Under the pieces are notes generated by a model, which had not been told where the DNA came from, made no database searches, and saw only the letters and a list, made by a program, of their open reading frames with translations. Below, piece by piece: positions 23,621-36,700 of a stretch of 64,000 nt of DNA (positions within the stretch are counted from its first letter, which is position 1; every line of letters begins with the position of its first letter). The position numbers and the translations under genes were made by a program. The DNA comes from Marsupella aquatica. Its lineage: Eukaryota; Plantae; Marchantiophyta. The stretch spans positions 17,580,457 through 17,644,456 of the forward strand of contig OZ316897.1 of the NCBI GenBank assembly GCA_973895155.1, in the 5' to 3' direction.

Positions 23621-26419
23621 GAACATTCACCAATCCCAATGATTGGCCAGAAAAACAAAAGCAATTATAAGGCCAAATCAGTGGTTGTTTTTATTTCTGG
23701 CACTAGAAAATGACACCAAAACGATATGTGAAAAATCACCCCAAATATTGGAACTAGAATAGTATTCTATTTGATTAGTGTATGCAATCCCCTATTGACT
23801 AAAATTGTATCTACAATTTAATTCCTGTAATTAGTATTACATGAAACTATGCAATATCACTCTATTGAGTATGTACACCCTATGGAGAATGTACAATCCT
23901 TCAATGCATGGATTATGGAGCCAGGATCCTCCTTGATTCTCTTGCATACAGTGTTCCTGTCATCCCTTTTGTTGGTTGTTTATCCTATAATTTGATTCCC
24001 GATTTGATCCCCTCTTGCTTGGACAGCAGCGTGACTCTTTTTCATTCACACTAAACTAATTCATTTTTTGGCTTTATTCCTTCTCTCTGACCAGATTTCT
24101 CCTTTGTTGTACCCTGCATTTTTTAATGATGACCAAGGTAGAAATTGGCCCTGGCAATCATTCCACCTCTTGGCAATGTCTCATACGAGAAGCTTGCTGA
24201 TGATCTTGAGGCAGCTCTAGCAATTACACCACCAATGGTATGGAGGTCTTTTTGTTCTACAAAAGGAGTACCACCAATAGGATAACCTAATGTGGTCAAC
24301 ACCGTCTTGTCACATATCCCATCCAAGCTGCTGTACTCCTAGTACTCCATAACATTGCATTCCTTGTCTACCACTGATGTTTGTACTGCATGCATAGTGT
24401 ACACAGGGAGGCCATGAGTAGATCTGATGCACAACAATGGTACGATGCAGTGTCAACACCTTGCAATGGGGCTTAACTCTCCCTTAGAGTTAAATTCACC
24501 ACTTATGCCCCTTCTTATCGTTGTCCGGGTTCCTAGGACGGGTTGTCATGCCAAGGGACAGTGCCTCTTATGCACATCGGCATGTCCCTCGCATGTCCGC
24601 TAGGTATGTAGTTAGGGCTAGTGTACTACTTGAGTTAGCAACATGTTCTTATAGCAAATGCCAGGCGTTCTTGAAGCAAACACGCTTGTTAGTGTGACGC
24701 CAGGACTTTGTTTACTTAGGGCATGTCTTTCTTTGTGGGTTTTTCAGTTCTTCTTAAATCGCTGTTGACAAAGCTCAGACAGTGCTAGTCGGTTCCGTAC
24801 ACGGGATTCACACAGTGATTTGTTAGATGCTCCCAGCCGATCTTGGCATCTCGCCGGTTTTCGATTCGATTTCAGTACGCTTGTTTCTCTTACTCCTTTT
24901 ATTCAAGAAGAACTCCTGAGTTGGCGGCGAGGGGAAGAAGATCGCAGACATTGTGCTTCTCGATTGCTCTTATCGGTACATACAATTTCCGTCGAAGTTG
25001 GTGCAATTTCTTTGAGCAGCATTGGAATGGCGAGTTAAAAGTTATGGGTTTGATGTGGTGTTATGTGTATACTTAACATAATGCCCCTGTTTGGGCCCGT
25101 GCTTTTGTTCCCGGCTTTTTGTTCCCGGCCGTCGTGCGACCTCCTTACAACTGCCACGGCCGACTGCCTCCTTCAGATTACTGCTACCGACTGCAGCGCG
25201 ACCTGCATAGGGCCGCACGCCCGTTTTTCTCTCCGTTTCCGTTGCGCCGTGGCCTCGCCTTTGCACTTCTCCCTTTCCCGGCCATTTTTGCTTCATCTCG
25301 CCTCACTCTTTTGCCTCACCGTTTTCCGATGCTGCTGCCAGCTTCCTGCCGTTGCAATTAAACAAGGGAGAGGGAGCGAGAACCGAGGGCACAAGGCCCT
25401 ATGAAGAATTAAAGCAGGGGGAGGGGCAGCCAAGCACAAGCGAAAGCAGGGAGACAGAGCCGAGGCAGCAGTGCAAGGAGTGGGCACGAGGCCCTATGCT
25501 ACATTAAATGGAGGGGGGGAGTACATACGACTCCTTCCCTCAGGAGTCCCCCTGCAGGGCACGGAGCCCACTGTCAGCATTAAAGAAGGGGGGAGGGAGA
25601 GTACATCGTCTCCCTTCTGTGGGGAATACTGTCACCAGGGCACGAGGCCCAATTTCATTAAGAAGGGGAGCCTCAGGGGAGTTTGTAGCTTCCCTTCGGA
25701 AGCTCTTAAGGTGGGGCACGAAGCCCTATGGGAGGGCTCATGCCATTAAGAGGGCCCGGTTTGGCCCGGTTTCTTTTGCCTCGCCTCCCGCCTCGCCTCC
25801 TTTCTGCCTCATATATAATCCGCCTGTCTGTCTTTTCTTTTTGGCAGTCGTCTTTCCTTCCGCCTCGCAACGACCTGCATAGGGCCTCCACAGGCTGCCT
25901 GTGCATAGGGTGCCGTGCCCTGAGTGTGTTTACACACTCGGCCGGTTCCCATGAGGACAATTTTGCTGCCGATGCACGCCCAATGTTTATACACTTAATT
26001 AAGGGGGCCTCTTTTCCGTCCAGCTTGCCAGCTCCCGTGTCCACATCGGGCCCGATGTATACACTTAACGGGGCCCCATGTTTATACACTTAATTAAGGG
26101 GGCGCCCAATATCTTCACATTTTTAAAGGTCCTTTTTCTTCGGTGACGGTTTCTCTGTGTTTACACATTCTACATATTTCTGTCTCGCATCGTTTGCTTC
26201 ATTGTGGGTTAATTTTCTAGCCTTGGGGCTGCCATTTCTTTTCTTGTCAGTTTCTTTCCCGACAGCACCTCATACCACCAGGAAAAGAGGGGGGGTGGAG
26301 ATATTTCCTGTTGCTACCATTTCCAATTTGGCACCCTGGGTTAGCATGCAGCATGTCCGCAGAGGAGCCGAGTCGTAGCAGCTCATCGCCACCGACACCC
26401 AGGTACCATTTACAGAGTG

Positions 26420-28300
26420 ATCCATGACCATTCGTGCCAATTTCATTGGAATCTCGGCAATGTCAACAACGTCCGCAGATAGTAGCAGCACCCACACCAC
26501 GCAATCCTTCTGCTACATTTGGCGGTCGCTTCACCACTACTCCGAAGCCTGCTATCACTTCATTGCCATTTACCCCTTCTGCATCAATGGTTGTTCCTGC
26601 TTCACCGACATACAGCACGGATGCCAGCCACTTAGCATTCCATGTATTGAGCGCTTCAGCGGGCGGCCAGGCACTGTCTCTTTAGGTGAGTTCAAATCCA
26701 CTTTCTACACTATCATTTACGAATTGGAGTTGAAGTACGGCAACAATTTCACAAATGCTTTTGCATTTAAGCAGCTAGCCAGGTATGTGCACCATGAGGC
26801 TTTGGATGTGTATGAGCAACATTCTCAACGGCTGCTTGTTGTCACATAGTTGCCTAACCCTACCTATGCCAGTGCAGTTGTGGCAGCCTCACAATTGGCC
26901 TTACAGAATGCCATTGCAGCCCATGCTGCTGCTCCTGCCACTTCCCCTCCTACTCCAGTTCCTACCATTGCGCCAGTTACTCTCACTGTCTTGGCATAGG
27001 CTACATCAGGCATTTCTCCCACCATTGATTCTCCTGCCTTTGCTGATCCAGTGGCTGAGTTTTTCTAGGTTCTTGAATTGGAATTCCCAATCAAGAGTGC
27101 TGACAAAATCATGTAGTTGGCCATGTTTGTGAGGCAACGCGATGAAACATTGAAGATGATGTATCGCCGGCTTCTCAAGCTGAAGGAGGACACCCAGAGC
27201 ATCACTGACCTGGAGACTGCTCATCGTTATCTTCGTGCATTGAAGGGCACACCAGCTCTCCATTTGCAAGTGTTGCAGCAAGTATTCTCAAAGTTTGGAG
27301 ACAGCTACACATTGCTCAATGTCTACGACACTGCTGAGAAACTTGAGTTGGCCCATGCACATTATGAGGCCAGTATTGTGCATCCACCGCGATCCAGGTA
27401 CTAGGCTGCTGCCCCTACACTAGCCACTCCTTCCCGTGTGCCACAGTATGATTCCAAGACCAAGCCAGCACATGCTGCTTTCATGCTGCCATCTTGCAAC
27501 TACTGTGGTAACCCCAATCACAAGGCTAATGAATGTGATATTGTTGCTGAGTACCTGTCTTGTGATTTTTGCGGGAAAGTGGGCCACTTGGAGGCAGTTT
27601 GTTTTGCCAAATTCCCAGAGAGGAAGCAGCAACGACAGCAAGCCCCTCATCCTGCTCCTATTTCCACTCCCCCACCAGCTAGGAGGGCTCCTACTGCATT
27701 AGTTGCTCCTCCTTCCAGTGGCAAAGCACCCGGTGCCAACAAATTGCCCAAGCAGCAACAGAAGCAACCAGCTCAAAAGGAGGCTCACAACGCACAGGTC
27801 ATTCAACTCCAGTCTCTGACTCATGAGGTTGAGTCCGTAAGCCCAACTTGCCAACATCAAAGGCAAGTCCACTGCTTCTATTGGTCCTTCTCAACCGGCT
27901 GGTCACGTGCAACCCATCCCTGGCCCATGCCCCACTGATAGCTCAGCATCTCTACCCCGCTCTTTCTATGGCTTGCCATTTGATACTCATATGGGTGAGT
28001 GTGTGCTGTCCTCTGCTACACAGCCTGGCCTTACAGCAGAAATTTCAGATTCATTCTGCCCTTTCTATTTTGCTTACCAGCAGGCCAGTCATGCCTCCCG
28101 TATTGCTCCCACACGCCGCATTGTATAGGCTGATGGTCTTGCTGCCGGTCCTATGACTAGAGCTAGGGGAGCAGGTGCCAGAAGGGTTATGGTTTTGCCC
28201 TTCCTGTGCTCCACATGCTACCTGAATTTTCTTCAGCCCTCCTTTTGGCTGTGGTCTGGGGGGGATACAGAGGTTTACACCTCCACTACGTACATACCAC
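26420..28300 (+). pseudogene. Retrotransposon gag remnant (probably Ty3/Gypsy) with two CCHC zinc knuckles
   Basis: IERFSG..., QRDETLKMMYRRL, CNYCGNPNHKANEC and CDFCGKVGHLEAVC; in-frame stops; no pol seen; possible PBS TGGCACCC at ~26329. Confidence 0.75.
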
Positions 28301-29426
28301 TTCATTTGCTTTTTCTTGGCACTTGTGAATGTGATTGGACTTTTTCTATGCATGTTGGTTGCTAGCAGCTTGAACAAATGCCTTCAGTTGCCGGTGACTT
28401 GTATGTTTTCGATACACTATGGCTACGATACTATATGTCACGACAGGGCGAAAGTAGGACAGCAAGTCTATTTCTCTTAGACTGACTCCCTTCGATCTTC
28501 TCCACTCACACACCCAACTAGGTAGTTTTATTTCCACCGTTGCAAAGATAATCTTGAAGGGTGGTTATCACTCCCTTGCTTCCCCACTAGGAAGCACTCA
28601 CATAACCTCGCTCCCGATCTCAACATGACAAGCAACCCCACAAGTTGTCCCCACAGACTCTCGCTATGGTCAGTATACGTAGAGTTCCCTCCGCTTCCTT
28701 CACTGAGAGATTCAAGTTTGTCACCTCCTATCGCAACAAGGCAAGTGATCGAGTCTGAGCTCACTCCCAGGCTTCAAGCTTCACCCCTCTGGTGTCGAAT
28801 CATAACAACGTCGGCATACACACTCACTGGATTCACATACTCACTAGACATTGCTTCAAGACTGAGGCTTCAACACGAGTCTTTACTACAAGGCATAGTA
28901 CAAGTTCAGATCCCAACACCTTCCTTGACTCTCTCCTTGCCGCCTACCTAGTGGACTAGCTCACTATCCACCCTCCCAAGTACCTCAAAGCAATGCTGCT
29001 GCCCTCTGAAAATGAGAACCTCAGCCTTCAAGCTTTCAGCCTTACAAGAAAGGGTAGGAATGAACAAGTGAGGAGACAGCCCCCTGCTTCTCTCACACAG
29101 CACCCCACGGCTCCAAGCCAAAGCCAACCCAAACCAAACCAGGCCCAAGGTGCTAACTCCGGTTAGTAGTCACTGGAAAAAGTTAACCCAAGTGTAACTA
29201 GATGATTGCTAACTTAACCCGGGTTAAGTTTATACTTTAACCGCAGGTCACTCAACTACCATAACTTCGACTCTGGTTGTCACACAGGAAACAGCAGCAG
29301 TAGAACCTCCTTGTGACGTGAGTAGCCAGGGTACCCCTTGGTAACTCTTACAACCACCAGAACTTACACACTATATTTAAAATAACATACTCACACAATA
29401 AAGCTCTAGCTTGGCCTACAACTGAA

Positions 29427-31708
29427 TGTCGGAACGCCCCTGAGTTCCGGGTTACCATTGAGTCTCAGCTACCACAGGAATACAGATAGGCCCTTGTTCA
29501 ATTTGGAGACCTTACCCAAAGAGTACTTCCGCGTGAATGGGTGATAACCAGCGAAACATAAGTATCTCAAGCTGCTGGTATACCGCAATACTAACGCCTA
29601 ACTATCTAACCAGCAGCACTGAAATCCTGGCTAGTTGTTTTATTTGTATCCCCTAAGTGTTGGGCTTCATAATAGCCCCACTACCTAACACAACGGTCAC
29701 TTTAAGGGCACACAAAAAAAACTTCTCATAGTCCATTCAAATTCAAAACCATTGCTGAGTCATCTCGGGAGTCGGGTCTACCTTGTGGGGTTCTCCCCTA
29801 GCCTCCCTGGTCCCTCACCCGACTCCCGATCCGACTTTGAACTGGCCTCAAAGTCCTCCCAAAGGCCTATAAACGGATGTTGTACCAAGTTCAATTAGAG
29901 TTGGTGTGGACTCTTTAAATGAAGAGCTTGGACAGCTCCCTTGGTAGCCCATTCGAACTCCTTAGCAAGACACAGGTCGCGAATTCAAACCCGGTCGCCA
30001 ACACCTCCCTCGCCATCAACATTTTGTAGCACCAAGCTGCTGCGCTATGCTACACTATGCTGCGTGAGGCAGCACAAAGCAACTTGCCGCAGTGCGATGC
30101 TACTTCCCCATTTTCTTCTTTGCTCTCCCTTTTTTTTCTTCTTCAACAGTGGCCTTCCTCCATAGCCTAGTCTTTCAGCAGCATGCAGCTCTCACCATAG
30201 CTTCCCAGTCTCGTGGCTACCTTCAATCTCCATAGCTCAGTAGCATGAAGCTGCTCTACCCGGTCACCAGCCAGCTCCCCACTTTCAAGTTTTTGATTTT
30301 GCTGCAGCCACGAGTTTTAGGGTAGCAACATCAATCTCAAGGATTGATTAGCAACTAGTGTAGTGAGCTCTCTCCATAGCCTATCAATAGCAAGCTCTAA
30401 GCAGCAAGCTCTAATTGAATAGAAGCCAACTGTGCAGCAATACTCCTCCCATCAGCATTGATCCATCTTCCATAGCACAAAGCTCTCCCTGCAATAGAGC
30501 TCTAATTGAATAACAACTCTCCTTATATAGCAGCACTAATCCTGGAAACTGCAAGCTCTCAGCAACAAGCTTGAAGCAGCACCACATTTTTTATTTATCA
30601 GTAGCAAGCTTCCCTCTCTAGACTCGCAGCACGATTCCCCTTTAGCCCAGTATTTCCTCTCAAACGGCAACACCAATCTCCGCCCTTCATTACGGACCCG
30701 AGCTGTAGTAGCAAGCTTTCATAGCAGCAGCAAGTGTCCAATGCAGGACCGAGCTTCAGGCCCAAGTTTGTTTCAGCAATGTAGAAGAGTTCGAGCAGCG
30801 CAACATGTCTCTCTTTACAAACAGCAGCAATTGTTCTCAACCAGCATCGAACTCAATAGCAGCAGCGGTTCAACTCAGCAGCACGAAATTGAAATGCCGG
30901 CTAATCTCTATTGCCACAACAAGATCCGAGTAATGAGATTTCCTTATCTCAAGAGCTCCTTCCAGCACCACAGAGTTTTCCCTTGCCAGCGAGATTCAAT
31001 TCCTTATCTCCTCATGCCTTATTTTCAGGCAATCCTGTGTTCCTCCGTTTTTTCAGAATCAACCCGGTTGTCCTTATGGAAGGATTCAAATTCTCTTCAA
31101 TGCACCGAGCTGCCATTGCTGAATTGCTGCTGAAATTTTGCTGCACCTCTCTTGGCTGTAACGTAAATTGTTTGTGGACTTTGTGTCCCTATGAGAAGGA
31201 CTCCCATGATGACACCTGGCCTTCTCAGCAAACTCCTATAACACCGCTTACTTTGTTCTAAGAACCCGTAATTTACTTTCGACGGCATCCCGTTCGAGTG
31301 CACTTATAATGAAACCCCTATTTCATAATTCTCCAGTATAGTGCCCCGACCTCCGTTTTACTTGAAAACTTTCCGGTGTGTTACTTGAACCTAAGACTAC
31401 ATACTTGCTGAATTTCCAGATCTAATCTATCCTATGACTTTTCTAAAATTCCGCTAAGTAGGCCGTCCGTTCAATTGTATGCAAAGTACTACTACTACTA
31501 CTAATGCTAACCTAATAAATGTTAACCTACCTTAATCGCACCTAAGTCAGCTTGACACTCCATGCTAAGTTGTCTCGACCTTCTACCATTTACTTGCATT
31601 TGCTTCCTCCGCTTAACCTTACTCTACCTCTAACTGCGGTTACTTCTAACTGTAGTTACTCTAGTTTTAACTCTAGTTAAACACTACTACCTAATTCGGC
31701 ATCCGACA
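29427..31708. mobile_element. Probable ~2.3-kb solo LTR without matching TSD
   Basis: Inverted termini TGTCGGAACGCC ... GGCATCCGACA; noncoding interior; flanks CTGAA and TGCAG differ. Confidence 0.5.
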
Positions 31709-33790
31709 TGCAGAGCCACTGGAGTTGGCACAGTTACAAAAATTGAAGGTTGCACATCTCACGACTTTACCAGCGGGGCCGCCTAATCCCATCAAAATGG
31801 GTCTACTCTCACAAAAGATTGACTGGGCTCCACAAGGCAAAGTTTGTGGCTAGAGAGGGAAGATTTCCAGGACACCTTTGCATCTGTGATTTTGGCCTGA
31901 GATGTTTCGCCTACTTATGGCTCTGATCACAACACAAGACCTTGAGGCTAAGGCATTGATATGGTCAACACCTTTGCATCTGTGATTTTGGCCTGAGATG
32001 TTTTGCCTACTTATGGCTCTGATCAAAACACGAGACCTTGAGGCTAAGGCATTGATATGGTCAATGCGTTTGTTTCTCTATGCTATATGGCTACTGGCAA
32101 AATCCCATTTACATTAGCCCTCCACCTTGGTTTTAAACATACAATGTTCAAGGTAGATTACTTCGTATAGCTTCTAATAAAAGCTCTCTATGGCTTGTGT
32201 CAATCTCCGCGTCTATGGTACCTAGAGATAACTGAGTATTTGGCAATATATGATTTCTTGCCACTACCTTTAGATCCATGCGCCATTCATAGGAGGATCT
32301 ACCCATGCTGTGGGTGGATGATATCATTGTCATTTCAAGGGATTTTGGATTTTGAGGGCACCACAAGATTGCAAAATATTTTACAATCCAAGTATGAAAT
32401 TTGTGAACTAGGTGATCTTACTGAGTACCTTGGCCTCACCATTGTTTGGGATAAAGCAAGAGGAGTACTTTGTCTCTCTCAGAATCATTATGCTGAGAAA
32501 ATGTTGCTCAGATTCCACATGGAAAATCATGCAACAATGTCAGCCGCATCAAGCTGCACCGATAGATTGCTTCCTAACATTATGCAGGCACCCCCTTATC
32601 AATGTCAATTGTACCAATCGTAAGTTGGCTCATTAATGTATCTCGCAGTGTGGACTAGGCCGGATATTGCTGAGAGGTGTTCCTGGCTTGGCAATTTGCC
32701 CACAATCCAGCCCCTGAGCATCAAAGCTGCATCAAACGTACATGTCCTGGCAAACCGTGGGTTCAACTGTCAACCTGACCATTGAGTATCAACTAACCTG
32801 CTCACTTGGTTTGCAGATACATTCCCTGAAATAATTTTTCATCATATCCATCATATGCAGGAAATGAAGTCCATCTGAAATCAACTTCAGATACCTTTTC
32901 AAGCTTGCTGCCGGGGTAGTCAGTTGGAAGTCCTGCAAGCAACCTCTCACTGCTACTAGCTCCACTAAGGCAGAATACGTTGCATATTCAGTTGCATGCA
33001 AAGAAGTTGTTTGGCTTCGATAGCTTCTTTTTCTAGCTCAAGCTTTGTTCTCCTGATATTTGACAAGTTCTGATCTATGGTGATAACAACCCGGATTTGG
33101 AGCTGACTGTGAATTAGAACATCGAACATTCGAGGACCAAACACATCTCAATTCAGTGGCATTAATTATGTCCCGAAAACACTTATCAACTTTGGATATG
33201 CCTGGAGATGGACTCACGAAACTACTGGCAGAAGCTCCTTTTGAAAGGTTTGTCAAATTGTTGGGACTGTGCTCTCTCCCTTAGACATTTTCCTCTGATT
33301 CTGGATGATAGGGTGTGTGTTAATAAGCCATATTTTGTCCCAAATCTGATCATCTGAATCGAGTAGATCTTCACAGTCCAATTTGGACCACTGATAAATA
33401 CACCACTGATAGACACACAAGTGTATTTAGTGAGCTTGATGTCGATGTGTTTTTTGCCTTCTTTGTTTGAATTGTTTTCTCACCATGCGCACCACCCTGT
33501 ATTCTCAACGGGTTTGCAGCGCATCTGGTTGTATAATGCTCAACTCGGGTTTGCAGCGGGTTGTATATATAATGCTCAACTCGGGTTTGCAGCGGGTTGT
33601 ATATATAATGCTCAACTCGGGTTTGCAGCGCGCACCTGGTTGTATAATGCTAAACTCTGAGCAGTAAATCAAGTAATTAAGCAGAAATCATTATTCATTC
33701 TATCTGAATCTATTCGTGTGTACACGCCAGCTATCTCTTAATTTGCTCACATCCTGGTGCTCATTTGTGCTTTTCCTTGCATAGTTGACA
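31709..33790 (+). mobile_element. 5'-truncated Copia (RT-RNase H remnant plus 3' LTR at 33318-33790)
   Basis: KWVY, ELGDLTEYLGL, TRPDIA and SSTKAEY...KEVVWLR motifs; purine tract then TGTTAAT...GTTGACA LTR homologous to 53800-54636; ~95-bp tandem duplication at 31873-32065. Confidence 0.85.
33503..33655. repeat. ~36-bp tandem repeat inside the LTR
   Basis: tataatgctcaactcgggtttgcagcg occurs 3-4 times. Confidence 0.9.
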
Positions 33791-36700
33791 GAATCCTTTC
33801 ACAAGGACCAGATAATTATAGCAGCAATAGGTCACCTTTTTTGCTCAGTTATTACGTACTCAGGTGATACGCAACTTACAACAGTTGACGTTTCACTATG
33901 CTTGGTCACATTTATACTTGATCTCTGACCACTTACCGACCAATGAAAACCTGTAACACGGATCATAGAGTACTACGTACGTAGCTCATTACCAATTGAT
34001 CAGTTGTCAGTCAGTCGGAACTCGATCAAATTACTACCTTAGCTAGTCGGACAACTGTTGATGTCTACCATATATATACTTCATGTAGTCTTTCGTCAGT
34101 GAGAGATCATTAATTTGGCTCCATAGACCACCATTAAGACAACCTTCACCTCCCACAGTCTCACTTCATTCCATTCCTGTTTTCGTACCCACAACGAGTA
34201 ACAGTTTCCTTAGCTGAAAAGCGGTTCCTCTTACTACGGATCAGTCTAGGTTCTCACTTTCCCGAAGAGTTACGTGGTTATTGAGACCGGAGTGTGGTTA
34301 TTGAGACCAGAGTGCAACAGAGGTATCACAGTTAAACATAGATCATTTCCACCACAGCTGTTACTGCTATAGTTGCTTTCATGGAAGAATGAGGTTTCTG
34401 CCATTATGTATGTAATTATGTGATCGCATTCATCTTCATCGTTGCATGTGTGTTCTGATCGAAGAAATTATGTTCGAAACTTTTTGTCAGGATCGATGTT
34501 AGCTACATGCATACATATATAGTGGTCATGTGAACAGCGTCCAATTTGGGATGCACTTGATTTTTGTTGCACCTTTGGATGGCTAGCTACAGTCCTAATC
34601 TTCACGTAAAAATACTTATCTATGTCTATCTTTAATTGAAAATGTCTGCCAGAAATTGCCACCTGAGCATTATGGATCATTCCATCTCTGGTTATGACCA
34701 GAATCGTCAAGGAAATTCCCATGTAGAGACTGGAAACGTGAACACTCCAGGCATTTCACCGTTGCTCGACATCCGTACAGGGAATCCTACAGTGCACGCT
34801 CAATTCCACGACTCGAATTTGATAATCGATATCAATGAAAGCAATGTACATCAATCTACTTCCGCTGTTGAGATTACCCACAAGCCCACCCTTCAAAGAG
34901 GGATCGTCGGCACTGAGCAAATCCCGTTGAGAGATCGGTTTGGTGAACAATTCAGAGAGTATTTCGACGCAATATGGGAAGATATGCCAGAGTTGGAGAA
35001 AGTTGATGCAGACATCTTAGAATCATCTCCCTCAACCTTCGGTCCTCTGAGTGTTGCCGACTATGACATCTCCACAGCTGAAGTGAGGGATGGAATCCTT
35101 GTGATTACGGATTCAGAGACTCCAAATGCACACCCTTCAATCTCAAGTAGTACAAGTTACTCTTTGAGAGAAGAGGTCGGCTGCCAAATTATAGAAGAAA
35201 GTACACAAAATGATGTTCCAATGGGTTCACTGGAGCACGACTCAGACCTTGCATCGACAGTGGACGCCAGGTCTACAAGCGACATGATGCACTCTGGTCT
35301 ACCAAGTGGGCACCCACCTTCAAGTAGTATTACCTCAGCTACAGGACGGCATGCTCAACAAGGCCAGAATTTGACATCAGACACCAACGGATGCGATGCC
35401 CAAGAACACGTCTTCCACTCGTCTTCCACACAGGCCGACACAGAAGTCGAGAATGTTGTTGACCCAGTATACGAAAATATGCCGATTGACCAGGGTGACG
35501 CGCAGCAATTCAAACAAATGACTACGGAGCCGGGTTGGATCGGTGCGAACCAAAGTCCAGCCGGTCAACTTGTTGGAGGGAGCGGAAATTTTGCCACAGA
35601 ACGCTTGCTTGTGGAGAAGCTATTAACGAAAACAGATGTGGGGCATGACGCCACCGGGGTGTTACTACCTAAAAAATCTGTTGAATTGAATTTTGGCCCC
35701 GTTTCAAGCCAATTGCAATTGACTTTGCATGATGGAGCGGAAGCTGGAAAGATATGGAGCATGAGATTGACGGCCACCTCTTCCTCTGAATCATGTACAC
35801 AATACAGGCTGAAGGACTCTATCAAGTACACCAACCACCATAAATTGAAAGAAGGCCACATGCTGCGGATTTGTAGAGAAGAGCCAGGGAATCGGCATAT
35901 CCTGAGATTTGACAAATCAATAATTAAATATATGCCAGCCTCGTTGGGAAAAGATTCTACCACCGTAGCCTGGAGACAGATCATTCGAAAGAAACTGACC
36001 AAGACGGATGCGACATTGGGAATGACATGTTCGGGATCAATATTTCTCGGAAAGAAAGACGTCAAAACTCACTTTCCCGATGTGGAAGACAAGGGAGGTT
36101 ATTCAGTCAGTTTTGTTGACTGGGAGGCCGAACGAGTGTGGACGATGAGGTTGAAGTTTAAGTCTGAGGTGACAGCAAAAAGAATATACATGCTACGAAA
36201 TATACGTGATTTTTTCGTGTGGCATTCTCTAAAAGAAGGAGACGGGCTTGAAATTTGGAAAAGTGCTTCATCGCCTGCAGGTTACGCACTGGTAGTAAGC
36301 AAAAATACCTTCTAAGATTACCATTTCATGCATGAGAGTCAATGGCCGAGGATTTTTATGGTTCTTCACGGTCTGCACCGACTTAAACTCTAGAAGCGTT
36401 GGTCGATCAAGTTGTCCTAAACAATGAGACTTCAGAGAGATAATATATGCTTCGAATCACTAGCTACTACTAGTTTACAGTGACAGATGATACTCGGTCA
36501 TCTCAAAATCTTCACTCCCATCACTCAAACTTGTTGTTTTGAATTTTGCAACATTTTTTGCATCACACCTTTCCAATTTGTTGCAAGATATTTTAGTGTA
36601 CATGTGCGGGTGTCGATCCGTCCTATATATCCAAAAGCTCACAGACGTTAGGGTTTACTCTCATCCGATCGATTGACAGAAATGATAGTTTTTGAATCTA

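Noticed and set aside
23701-23712. CACTAGAAAA resembling a CACTA end
   Set aside because: No partner TIR, TSD or convincing inward subterminal repeats
28436-29352. TGTCACGAC start suggesting another LTR
   Set aside because: No convincing matching end or TSD
29934-30000. tRNA/SINE-like A-box and B-box spacing
   Set aside because: Cloverleaf stems do not pair convincingly; it lies within a probable LTR
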